The position numbers and the translations under genes were made by a program. From Candidatus Atabeyarchaeum deiterrae (GTDB lineage Archaea > Asgardarchaeota > Atabeyarchaeia > Atabeyarchaeales > Atabeyarchaeaceae), in contig CP147780.1 in the NCBI GenBank assembly GCA_037310415.1, forward strand, positions 2,176,001 through 2,240,000: a stretch of 64,000 nt of DNA, read 5' to 3'. The notes under the pieces were generated by a model. It ran no database searches. It was not told the origin of the DNA and saw only the letters and a list, made by a program, of their open reading frames with translations. Below, piece by piece: positions 50,203 through 59,781 of this stretch (position 1 is its first letter; each line of letters begins with the position of its first letter).

Positions 50203-50667
50203 TTTACTTTTCTCCTCTTGATAACGTTGTTAACAACTATTATGCTTTAAAGTTCTTAAATGTTGGGGCTATGAAAAACAATTTCCTCAACTGACAGCAA
50301 TCAATATGCTCTCATTCAGTTGCAGGAGGTGTCCCCTAACAAACACAAACCGCAATAGCGTTACAGGAAGCTCACACTGGAAGTGAGGTGATTTCCTGTA
50401 CGGAATGCTTCAAACGATGTGGTTCCAGGAACGAAACCCTATCCGACGCACCAGCATCGGGGAGATTACATATGCTGGCTTCGCAATGATATGTGGGAAT
50501 CGGACTTTGAGAAAAGGGATCTCTGTGATTCGCATTCAGAAGGCATCTAAAGAAAATGAGTTCTTGCGAGTCCCGCAATCTTTTGTCAAAGTCTTAGAAA
50601 CGTTTAAGCTCTGGAACAGCGATCAGTACGAATTAGCGGAACGGTTCGGTGGGAGGCCCCTCAATAA

Positions 50668-51390
50668 GTGCGCGCTGAAAACCTAGCCTTTGCGATCGTC
50701 TACATGTTGCATGAGGCTTCGTGCAACAGGCAGTTCATTCCAGTCGCCGATTTCAAGGACGTGCTCGGCGAATCGGAGGTCTCCACGCTGATAAAGATGT
50801 TACGTAGCGTCCACATAATCATCACTGAGAAGGAGTTTTCCGACGTCGTTGCACGCGCCAAAGCCGCATTGCACCTAACAGAAAACGGAATCGGTGCATA
50901 TGCTGACGATTTTCCTTCCAGCGACGGTGACGACATCATTGCTCTGAACCCTGCGCTGGTAGACGAGATGAAGAGAAACTATCCTGGACAACTCGGCTAT
51001 CAAATGGTAAGACGATTCGTGAGTGGCTTCCTAGGCTCACTAGAACTTGCTGCAAACGTTGGTTCACTAGACGACTTGGTCAAAGAGTTGTCCACGAAGT
51101 ACCAAGATAAATTCAAAATTGCTGTTGCCAAGGACATGGTAGTCGCCCGTGCATGTAACCTGTCGGAAGTGGAGAGGGCCTCGCTCGCAGCAGCAAAGTT
51201 GGCGTCTCCCCCCAGATTTCACAGTATTGTCTCAATCCTTTTGAGTAGAGCCCAGAAGTACGCCGAACAGATCTCAGTAGAAATCGCTCGGGAAGATATA
51301 GAAGACTACTTGTTCAACGGTCCCAAAGGAGGGGCTACTAATAAAAGCCCGACTACACCGAGTTATCTAGAGAGATCTGGGACCTTGTGA
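50668..51390 (+). CDS. Hypothetical protein
   Basis: 240-aa ORF; GGGAGG RBS and AAACG-TTTAAG TATA-like element near 50597-50608. Confidence 0.6.
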   Translation: MRAENLAFAIVYMLHEASCNRQFIPVADFKDVLGESEVSTLIKMLRSVHIIITEKEFSDVVARAKAALHLTENGIGAYADDFPSSDGDDIIALNPALVDEMKRNYPGQLGYQMVRRFVSGFLGSLELAANVGSLDDLVKELSTKYQDKFKIAVAKDMVVARACNLSEVERASLAAAKLASPPRFHSIVSILLSRAQKYAEQISVEIAREDIEDYLFNGPKGGATNKSPTTPSYLERSGTL

Positions 51391-51452
51391 AGTGACTGGG
51401 TTAATCCAGCGTAAGTCTTCTTCAGTGTGGAGTTGCAAAGGAAGTGGCTTGA

Positions 51453-52619
51453 GTGCCTCAACCTACAAGTACTGATGCGAAAAAGAGTGGCGCAGACAAG
51501 AAGGAGCGCAGGCAAGAAAAAGGCGTCAGCGAACAGATGAGGGCAGACCACTTCGCCACGAAAGAGATGAGAGAGTTACACGATAAGGCCTCAAACCTAA
51601 TGCGGCAAGGCAATTACAGGCAAGCATTTGACGCATACGTTGAGTATGGCGATTCGGCAAGCAAGATCAAAGGGTTGATCGGAGGAGAAGCTGCGATCCT
51701 AGAAGGAGCCCGGAAATTCGAGGAGCTGCGCTACTGGAATGAGGCTGGAAATCTATACGCTGTTGCGGCCAACTATTTAAACAATTCAGGTACTTTTTCT
51801 GACGCAGCTGACTTCTACCTAATGGCTGCAGAAAGACTTGCCAAAGCAGACGACAGGAGCATGGCTGGATTCATCGCTTCCTGCTATGCCGCGGCAGCCC
51901 ATGCGCTTCGTGAAATAAAATCTACGGGTCAATCCGACGCCGCATTGATAAAAGGAGTTTTGGTTGCCACCGGCGACGACCCTCGCGAGGCAGAAGCTAG
52001 CGCCTTTAAGATGACCAAAGTAGGTGACTTCGAAAACGCATCTGGGATGTTCCTCAAAGCGGCTTCGACGTACCTGAAGGGAACTGATGAGCTATCAGGC
52101 TTGGCTTCAACCGTCGGGATTGGGTCGCTGGCTGTCGACGTGAAGTCTGTGCTTCAACACAGGGCGGGGCAAGACTTTCTAGCTGCTGCTACTTGCCTCT
52201 TGAAGTCAGAGGCAAAAGCTGACCTTGTCAAGGGATATCTTGTAAAAGCTGCAGATGAGTTCACGAATGCCGTGTTCAACTTCACTCCCCTGTTCTCTCT
52301 TGGGGAAGCCAACAAGGAAGATTCAAGAAGATACTCCTATGACCTGGTGATGGCGACAGCGCTACGAATAGTACTTGGATCAACTGAAGACATCGAAACT
52401 TTAAAGCAACAGCTGACATATGCCAACGAGAAGCCGACAAAGGAACTCCAAGAAAGCAAGTCCTTGACAGTTGCACGCCTATTGATGGAGAAAAAGAAGG
52501 TTGAAACTGTAGTCGGTGATCTCAGAGAGATTCAATTCGGAACCATGGAAGAGTTGAAAGACCCTATTATAGAGCTATTCCTGAGCTATAAGACCGCAGG
52601 AAAAAGAGCCAGACGTTAA
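51453..52619 (+). CDS. TPR-like alpha-solenoid protein resembling alpha-SNAP (NSF attachment protein)
   Basis: W..AGN....AA..........DAA.....A.....KAD pattern; Ala-rich helical repeats. Confidence 0.6.
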   Translation: MPQPTSTDAKKSGADKKERRQEKGVSEQMRADHFATKEMRELHDKASNLMRQGNYRQAFDAYVEYGDSASKIKGLIGGEAAILEGARKFEELRYWNEAGNLYAVAANYLNNSGTFSDAADFYLMAAERLAKADDRSMAGFIASCYAAAAHALREIKSTGQSDAALIKGVLVATGDDPREAEASAFKMTKVGDFENASGMFLKAASTYLKGTDELSGLASTVGIGSLAVDVKSVLQHRAGQDFLAAATCLLKSEAKADLVKGYLVKAADEFTNAVFNFTPLFSLGEANKEDSRRYSYDLVMATALRIVLGSTEDIETLKQQLTYANEKPTKELQESKSLTVARLLMEKKKVETVVGDLREIQFGTMEELKDPIIELFLSYKTAGKRARR

Positions 52620-52634
52620 TTAGGTCTTGTCGAT

Positions 52635-53117
52635 CTACAGCTTGTATCCGATCTTGCGAAGCAGCTCTTTTCGTTCGCGAATATCTTTCTCAGTTTCAAT
52701 GCCCCTTGGCATGCTGCCATCTATCACACCAAGAATTCCTCTACCTTGATCCGTTTCAGCAACGATTATTTCTACAGGGTTTGCAGTAGAGCAGAAAACT
52801 GAGCAGACCTCTGGAACCTCCTTTATTCTGTTCAGAATGTTGATTGGATAAAAATCACGCATGAACACTATGAAACAGTGTCCGCAGCCTATCTTTGAAG
52901 CAGCCTCTGCCGCCAACTTCTTGAGTTCGTCGTCCGTGCCTGAAAGACGAACCAAACATGGACCACTTGATTCGCAGAATGCGAGTCCAAATTTGGCACC
53001 CGGGACAGCGGTCACAACGCTCTCATGAATGTCTTCCACTGTCTTAATGAAGTGGGACTGTCCCAATATCAAGTTACAATTCCTCGGAGCCTCAATCTTC
53101 ACGACTTTCAACTCCAT
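52635..53117 (-). CDS. Adenosine-specific kinase family protein (DUF355-type)
   Basis: [57 protein letters not shown]. Confidence 0.85.
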   Translation of the reverse strand: MELKVVKIEAPRNCNLILGQSHFIKTVEDIHESVVTAVPGAKFGLAFCESSGPCLVRLSGTDDELKKLAAEAASKIGCGHCFIVFMRDFYPINILNRIKEVPEVCSVFCSTANPVEIIVAETDQGRGILGVIDGSMPRGIETEKDIRERKELLRKIGYKL

Positions 53118-53226
53118 CCCGCTCATCCTCCGCTCAAAACAGCTTACTGCCCTCTCCAATTGGCGCTTCTTTTTTTGTCGCTAGACTGGATTGAATAATA
53201 CTCAGCTTATAATATTTGTGAGAAAC

Positions 53227-54447
53227 TGTTTTGTTAACTCTTCGGGTGGTAGTTTTTATACGTGAAATACCTCGTCTTAGGTATGCAAGTAATCAAAGCA
53301 GTCAAGCAAAGCTACACGCCATCCCCCCAGTTGCTTAACCTCTTGCACGAGTTTAGGAAGATGGTGAATGATTGTATACGGGTTGGCTTGGCTGAGAACG
53401 TTACTTCGATGAAGGCTCTTTCAAAGAAGGCTTATCATGAACTTGCAAGACATGATGTGCCAACCTACTACCGTTTGACTGCGATTAGTAAAGCTGCTGG
53501 CATCCTTCGGAATTACAGGCACGCTCTAAGAAGGAAGCAGCCGAGGGTGAAGAAGCCGTATGCGATTAAGCCCATGCTCACTGACTGCTACGGTTTCAAG
53601 ATAATCAACGGCAAGCTCAGACTACCGATCAGAGCAAGAGAATACGTTTACATCCCATTGAACGCTTACGTGTTGCGGTCTATTGAGGGCCATGCTGCGC
53701 GATCAGTCTGTCTGACTACTTGCACCGTATCGGCGGCTTACTCGAAAGAAGCTACTCAGATTGAGCCTGTAGGGCTAATCGGGATTGACCGCAACCTCGA
53801 CAACGTAACCACAGCATCTTCAGACGGAAAGGTGAAACGATATGACCTGTCAAAAGTGACCAAAATCAAAGAAAACTGCAGGCAGGCTAAGCGAGGCTTC
53901 AGAAGAAATGACTACCGCATCATGAAACACCTCTATTCCAAATATGGGAGAATCCAAAAGAGCAAAGTGAATTGGATACTGCACAACGCTTCCGCAAGCA
54001 TAGTGAGACAGGCGAAAGAAGAACAGTTCGGCATAGTCATGGAAGACATCAGGGGCATCCGTAAGCTCTACAGAAAGGGAAACTGGCAAGGAAAAGACTA
54101 CAGAGCAAGATTGAACGGTTGGAGCTACGCTGAGCTGCAACGGCAAATAGAGTACAAGGCACGTTGGGAAGGTATCCCCGTGTTTTACGTTCATTCATCC
54201 AAGACTTCTTCAGTCTGCGCGATATGTGGCTGTAACATAGCTGAATGTGCAGGGAGGAAGGTCTACTGTCCATGCTGCAATAGGCTCGTGGACAGGGATG
54301 AGAACGCGGCTTTGAATATTGTCGGCGCAGGGCTGCGGTTCAGCCTGAAGGGAGTAGCAGCTGAAGCAGTGAAGGGGAACCCTGAAAAGGTAATCCTCCG
54401 AGCAGATGCCACCCAGTTAACTCATCACCCGAAGAGTTAACAGAACC
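53227..54447 (+). mobile_element. Non-autonomous TnpB-carrying element with 24-bp terminal inverted repeats and an 8-bp target-site duplication
   Basis: Left end TGTTTTGTTAACTCTTCGGGTGGT vs reverse complement of right end GGTTCTGTTAACTCTTCGGGTGAT (21/24); TGAGAAAC at 53219-53226 and 54448-54455. Confidence 0.88.
53283..54440 (+). CDS. tnpB: RNA-guided endonuclease TnpB
   Basis: RuvC-I GIDRN, RuvC-II VMEDI, QIEYKA, TSS.CAICG..CPCC zinc finger, RuvC-III DRDENAALNI; ATG at 53283. Confidence 0.93.
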   Translation: MQVIKAVKQSYTPSPQLLNLLHEFRKMVNDCIRVGLAENVTSMKALSKKAYHELARHDVPTYYRLTAISKAAGILRNYRHALRRKQPRVKKPYAIKPMLTDCYGFKIINGKLRLPIRAREYVYIPLNAYVLRSIEGHAARSVCLTTCTVSAAYSKEATQIEPVGLIGIDRNLDNVTTASSDGKVKRYDLSKVTKIKENCRQAKRGFRRNDYRIMKHLYSKYGRIQKSKVNWILHNASASIVRQAKEEQFGIVMEDIRGIRKLYRKGNWQGKDYRARLNGWSYAELQRQIEYKARWEGIPVFYVHSSKTSSVCAICGCNIAECAGRKVYCPCCNRLVDRDENAALNIVGAGLRFSLKGVAAEAVKGNPEKVILRADATQLTHHPKS

Positions 54448-54557
54448 TGAGAAACGATGCTGACTTAGTTTGACTCGATCCTCATACTCTTTTATTAAGG
54501 GGTTAAAAGCTAATCCCTAGCATCGAAGAATAGAAAAGTATCCCAAGAAAGGCTGAA

Positions 54558-55361
54558 GTGAGTGGTGTAGTAGAAATGGGTTCGCTCGTTTTGGTCGAGA
54601 AGAAAGACAGGCTGACCAAGGTCATTCTCAATAGAGAAGATAGGAGAAATGCATTCAATCAAGATCTCTTGTCAGATCTCGGGGCTGCTCTTAAAGCGGT
54701 TCGAGACGATTCAGACTGCTTGGGGGTAATCGTGACAGGCGTAGGACCAGTCTTCTCATCAGGACTTGACCTGAAGGCTTTTCAAGACGGGTTTGCCTCA
54801 AGCCATCAAGATCCATCAGGGATTATTCGCCTTGTCCAAGATACCTTCACCGCTCTGGAGGACATGGAGAAGCCAACCCTTGCAGCAGTGAACGGTACGG
54901 CTACGGGGATGGGACTGGAACTTGCTCTGGCATGTGATTTTAGAATCGCCTCGGATGATTGCAGACTGAGTCTTCCTGAAGTATGCCTCGGCATCATGCC
55001 TGACATCGGTGGTGCTATGCTTCCAAAGCTTGTAGGTCTTGGCATCGCGAAGGAGATAGCTTTGACAGGTCAAGTGATTGATGCTCAGAGGGCCGAAAGG
55101 ATCGGACTGGTAAACAAGGTCGTTCCGCCCAGTGAATTAATGGTCGAAGCTGAGAATTTCGTCCGCCAGATAATAGAAAACAGCCCCATCGCAGTCAGAT
55201 CCACGAAGACATTGATGAACAAAGCTTTCCAATTGGATCCAAAAACGATGGCTGAGTACACAATAGACCTACAGCTTCAGTGCCTTAAGTCAAATGATCT
55301 TCTACGCTACGCAGCAAATTACATCTCAAAAAGAATCAAGCTGCCGCCGAAACCCAACTGA
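54558..55361 (+). CDS. Enoyl-CoA hydratase/isomerase family protein
   Basis: LNR..RNA, FSSGLDL, KP..AAVNG.A.G.GLELALACDFR, LPEV.LG..P, A.RIGLVN. Confidence 0.92.
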   Translation: MSGVVEMGSLVLVEKKDRLTKVILNREDRRNAFNQDLLSDLGAALKAVRDDSDCLGVIVTGVGPVFSSGLDLKAFQDGFASSHQDPSGIIRLVQDTFTALEDMEKPTLAAVNGTATGMGLELALACDFRIASDDCRLSLPEVCLGIMPDIGGAMLPKLVGLGIAKEIALTGQVIDAQRAERIGLVNKVVPPSELMVEAENFVRQIIENSPIAVRSTKTLMNKAFQLDPKTMAEYTIDLQLQCLKSNDLLRYAANYISKRIKLPPKPN

Positions 55362-55670
55362 AAAGACAAAGTCCTGGTACCGTTTCCAGCCTCAAATCCG
55401 TCCCTCGAGTTAGGTGACAAAGACGGCATTACAGATTGTCGGGAGTGGACGTGAAGAAGATTTCAGGAGATTCGTATGAAAATGCGCGGTCTTGAATCAG
55501 AAAACCTAATCACAAGCCTGTATTGTCGCTAAGATGAGACCCTTATATACTGATAATAGTTTTTAAATACGTGACTCCGCATTATTATTAACCCGATTGG
55601 GGGTTTATTAAAGGGAGATACGGTAAATCAACCACCTGTTTAAGCATTCACAATTAACGGTCATTGGAAG

Positions 55671-57233
55671 TTGATCAATATGTTGAGGAGACTAAGGGCA
55701 TCCCTTGGATCGAAAGATCAGGCTGCTAAACTGGCGGACATTGCGCTGAAAGATGACATAGCAGCTTTCGATTTAATTTCGTCAATGGGGAGCGCCGACG
55801 AAGGTGTTAGAGAAGTAGCCTCAAAAGCAATCATAGAGGTAGCAAGAAGGAATTATGACAAGCTCCAGAGCCTCGTACTCCGCTGGGCTGGCGACAGACA
55901 CTTCAAGATGAATGCATTTGTCAAATGGACAGACGGACTTGAATCCAGGAACCTTGAGAGGATCAGGGCAATCCTGATCGAAAAGATAAGGTCAGGCTCT
56001 GCAGTTGATCAGTTAGTCAACCAGTACGATTCAGTCAATCAAAAACTCAACAAGCTGAAGGACTACTTCTACGAAAAGCGTGTGACACAACCCGTCTACG
56101 AGACTCTCAAGTTTGAGTATGAGTCCCAACTTCTTGCATCAACAAAGAACCTTCTGGCGCAGTTTCTGGAGAACGCAAAGATGCTAGAAGAGCTCTCAGA
56201 AAGAAGGGCAAAGATAAAAGACGAGTCCTCGATCCTTCAGACAAAGGCTGTTCTGGGCGACATAAGCCGGAAAGAAAGCGAATCCAGGAAGGCCGAGCTG
56301 AACGAGCAGCTTGAAGAAACAAAGGAGAAGGACCAGAAACTTTCAGAAGAACTATCGGTCATGCTAATCTCATGCGGACCAGTGAAAGTCATCGACGAGA
56401 CTGGAAAAAGCGTCGCGCTAGCGTTCGAGTTCTCGACAGACCGTGAGAAACACTTGGTTGAACTCAAGGGTAGGATGTTCACCGAGAACGACGCACAGAT
56501 TGAGAGAATCGGCGAGAACAGAAACGAACTCATTGCATTCATCCACAATTTGAGACAGTCATCGCACAATCCACCAGTTACCTCAGACAGACTAACACCG
56601 GATATTGTCGATGAAGTATCTGGGATTGTGGCATCCGAGCTCAAGACAAGCTCAGAAGAAGCTTTGCACATAGAAAAACTGAGAAGATTCCTAGAACTCA
56701 CGCCGTGGGGATCTGCAAGAATCAAGAACGTGTCAATTCCCACAAAGAACCTAACGGCATCAGAAAAAGGATTCATCATGAAGGCTGGTACAATAGAGAT
56801 TGAGAGAGCCGAGCCCGTCCAAGTAGTGAAACCTGTCGAGGTTCCAATTGTTCCAAAGCCAGCAGCACAAGAGAAACCACCAGTGATAGCGGAGAAAAGG
56901 CCAGTGGCGCAAGAGAGTACGCCTCCAGTCTCGCCAAGAATGCCAGCTTCTCCAGACAGAACCGCGCCGGAGACCGAGAAGTCAACGGGGATACCTGAGA
57001 GATCTGCTTTTTCGCTGCAGAGAGCAGCGCCCGAGGTGAAGGTGGCTGAGAAGTCAGCCGACCTTACTGATCAGGAGCTGCAAAGGGAAATCAAGAGTCT
57101 GCAGGAGATGCTTGACGAAGACAAGGGGTTCAAAGCAGATGACAAGGATGAATCCGAGTCAGTCGACAGCAAAGTCCTCGGCGAAATCGGAAAAGCGGCG
57201 GAGAAACTAAAAGAAAGAATGAAAAACAGGTAG
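55671..57233 (+). CDS. Coiled-coil protein with CdvA-like region, Pro-rich linker and acidic C-terminal helices
   Basis: LNKLKDYFYEKRVTQPVYETLKFEY and LQTKAVLGDISRKESESRKAEL motifs within a long heptad region. Confidence 0.55.
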   Translation: MINMLRRLRASLGSKDQAAKLADIALKDDIAAFDLISSMGSADEGVREVASKAIIEVARRNYDKLQSLVLRWAGDRHFKMNAFVKWTDGLESRNLERIRAILIEKIRSGSAVDQLVNQYDSVNQKLNKLKDYFYEKRVTQPVYETLKFEYESQLLASTKNLLAQFLENAKMLEELSERRAKIKDESSILQTKAVLGDISRKESESRKAELNEQLEETKEKDQKLSEELSVMLISCGPVKVIDETGKSVALAFEFSTDREKHLVELKGRMFTENDAQIERIGENRNELIAFIHNLRQSSHNPPVTSDRLTPDIVDEVSGIVASELKTSSEEALHIEKLRRFLELTPWGSARIKNVSIPTKNLTASEKGFIMKAGTIEIERAEPVQVVKPVEVPIVPKPAAQEKPPVIAEKRPVAQESTPPVSPRMPASPDRTAPETEKSTGIPERSAFSLQRAAPEVKVAEKSADLTDQELQREIKSLQEMLDEDKGFKADDKDESESVDSKVLGEIGKAAEKLKERMKNR

Positions 57234-57354
57234 GCTTCTACAAGAAAACAGAGCCCTGCAAATCATACCATCAAATGATAAGGAGCTCACTAGACAGAAT
57301 GTGTATTGAACCTCCCCGTGTGTCCGCGCCCACCCTTCTGGAATATTAGGTCAG

Positions 57355-57663
57355 TCACTTCTTGAATGTTGACAGTCTACTCTGGATCCACGCTCTCCAG
57401 CCTGCATCTCGTTCCCACTGCATCTTGATCAACTGAAATTTGCTTACCCAGTATGTGACTTCTGAGGCCCCAACAGCGAGTTTTATTAGGTGGATATCTC
57501 CCCGACTAGCCATTATCTCGAGGATCTTGCTTTGAGTGAATGGACCTTTCCAGAGTTGCATCGTCTTCCCGTCAGAGAACACAGCTACACATGGGATTGA
57601 CTGTACCTCATCCTCGTTCAGCACTTCACCCAGGTGGATTTGTTTCTCGACTAAGGTCGACAT
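57355..57663 (-). CDS. Hypothetical protein
   Basis: 102-aa ORF with ATG start and upstream TATA-like CTTATAT. Confidence 0.5.
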   Translation of the reverse strand: MSTLVEKQIHLGEVLNEDEVQSIPCVAVFSDGKTMQLWKGPFTQSKILEIMASRGDIHLIKLAVGASEVTYWVSKFQLIKMQWERDAGWRAWIQSRLSTFKK

Positions 57664-58109
57664 TTGGTTTCTCTACCCCTAACGTGCTTAATTGAACGGT
57701 TCTCTGATTCACACATATAAGGTTAATGGTGGTTTCACGATGTTCGCAACGATTTATTGAGATTTTCACAACTCTTCCGGTTCGTTTCCTTCGTTTTCGG
57801 CAGGGCGAAACGCCCCCAGAGGCTACCATTGAGTTGCTTGGGCTCTGAAACCTCGATTAATGAGAGCCAGACGATGAGGTGTATTTGAGCGGAAGAAGAA
57901 AGTCGCATGATGGGCTGCATGCGCTTGCACCTTTCCTTCCAGAGAATCCAAGTCCGGCTAAAAACAACGTATTTCTCTGAGAAAGTCTAGCTCTTCTAGA
58001 CCTCAGTTAACTATATCTGATTGATGCATGCTAGCTAAGTTCATCTGTCAAGATGAATTCGTACGTTTATTATGTATCTAGTATTTTGATCGTGTAGAGA
58101 TGAACTCAG

Positions 58110-59645
58110 ATGGAGACCTTTCCTTGGTGGACTGAGGCACAGAAGAGGTTTGCAGTCGAGGTAGAGAAGTTTGCAGATGAGCACATCCCGGAAGCCGAAG
58201 AAAGTTGGTGGAAAATGGAGTTTCCTTGGGAACTGATGAAGAAGGTTGCAGTTAAGGGGATCTTTGGCGTTGGTGTTCCCAAGAAATATGGTGGCCTAGA
58301 ACTTGGAGCTACCGGCGCATGCATAGCAGCAGAGCAACTAGGCAGGCTCTATGCCGTCGGGCATGTCTTCGTTGTTAGCATGCTAGCAGGACTACACCAG
58401 CTCTTGTCGCATGGAACAGAAGAGCAGAGACAGAAATGGCTCACACAGACTGCAAAAGGTGACGTATTAGGCGCGGTTTGTATCACTGAACCTTTTGTGG
58501 GCTCAGATGCAGCAAACGTAGTCGTGAGAGCCCGCAAAGAAGGAAACGAGTATGTCATAGACGGTAAGAAAAGGTACATAACTGCCGCTGGCGTAGCAGG
58601 CAGATACTTTGTTTATGCAAGAACAAGTGACAAACCCGAGGACGTCAAGGCATACCGACACCTCACGGCGTTCCTCGTTGAGAAAGGCACTCCCGGTTTC
58701 TCCTTGGAGAAGATCAACTCACTGATAGCCTTCGATAATGTTCCAAACGGCGTCCTTGACTTTGACCAAGTCAGAGTGTCGGAGGAAAACAGAATTGGCA
58801 AAGAGGGACAAGGCTGGGAGATCATGACTGGGGGTCTGAACTACGAGCGATTAGTCGGCTCAGCCGTTTTCCCAGGTGCGATCATGGATGTACTGAGGAT
58901 AGTGACATTCTACACCGAAAGGCGAATCCAATTCGGCGAGCGAACCAACAGACTTGTCAACAACCAGTTCAAGGTGGCCGACATCATAACAAGAATGAAG
59001 GTAGCTCGTCTAATGTCGTTCTACACAGCATACTTGCTGGATTTGGGCAGAGAACCCGTCATTGAGTCGTCAATAGCGAAACTCATGAACTCCGAGTATG
59101 CGCGCGACGTGGGGCTGGACGCGATACAGATCATGGGCGGAGATGGATGCACCAAGTTCTTCCCAGTTGAGCGTTTGCTGCGAGACTCAAAGATCGGTGA
59201 GATAATCGCTGGAACTAGTGAGATACAGAAGTACGTTATCTACAGGATGTACTTGATGTCGATGAAGGCAGAGTTGAAGCCGAGAGCAAAACTGAGATTC
59301 CATCCAGAACTGAAGGTACCAGTCATGTCAACGAAACCGTCAGAGTTCAATGGAAAACCAGTGAATGAGGAAAACATCCTGAAAGTGCTAGGTGAGAACT
59401 ATCGAAACATCCCTGGCGCATATATGACTGTGGATGACATCAAAGAGGAATTTGGGTCAAAGGACACAGTAGCAGTAAACAACTCTTTACTTAAACTGGA
59501 GGAAAAGAAGCTAGTAGTTCTGTTCAGAGACAAGAAGGGATCAGTTGAACTCGGAAAAGCAACCTATACGGGACTCAGACAAGCTTATCCGCTCGAACAT
59601 TACAAATGGTTCCCTCCGTGGTACAGACCTGAAGACATTTTCTGA
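58110..59645 (+). CDS. Acyl-CoA dehydrogenase with C-terminal winged-helix-like extension
   Basis: AVCITEPFVGSD, DGKKRYIT, RIQFG, QIMGGDG, IIAGTSEIQ; about 125 extra C-terminal residues. Confidence 0.9.
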   Translation: METFPWWTEAQKRFAVEVEKFADEHIPEAEESWWKMEFPWELMKKVAVKGIFGVGVPKKYGGLELGATGACIAAEQLGRLYAVGHVFVVSMLAGLHQLLSHGTEEQRQKWLTQTAKGDVLGAVCITEPFVGSDAANVVVRARKEGNEYVIDGKKRYITAAGVAGRYFVYARTSDKPEDVKAYRHLTAFLVEKGTPGFSLEKINSLIAFDNVPNGVLDFDQVRVSEENRIGKEGQGWEIMTGGLNYERLVGSAVFPGAIMDVLRIVTFYTERRIQFGERTNRLVNNQFKVADIITRMKVARLMSFYTAYLLDLGREPVIESSIAKLMNSEYARDVGLDAIQIMGGDGCTKFFPVERLLRDSKIGEIIAGTSEIQKYVIYRMYLMSMKAELKPRAKLRFHPELKVPVMSTKPSEFNGKPVNEENILKVLGENYRNIPGAYMTVDDIKEEFGSKDTVAVNNSLLKLEEKKLVVLFRDKKGSVELGKATYTGLRQAYPLEHYKWFPPWYRPEDIF

Positions 59646-59781
59646 CAAATGAAGACTCGATGCACTAGGGTAGCTTATCAGCGACCAGCACAATACTCTT
59701 TTTTTGAGTTTGTACAGAAGACCGTTCCGCTACGCAGTTCTCGAACTATTCGGAAATGCATTCGAGCGCAATCTGCATCAG

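Noticed and set aside
50405-50686. 93-aa ORF as exon 1 or frameshifted N-terminus of 50668..51390
   Set aside because: No canonical BHB at the overlap; the region contains a TATA-like element and an RBS for the 50668 start, so the ORF is probably spurious.
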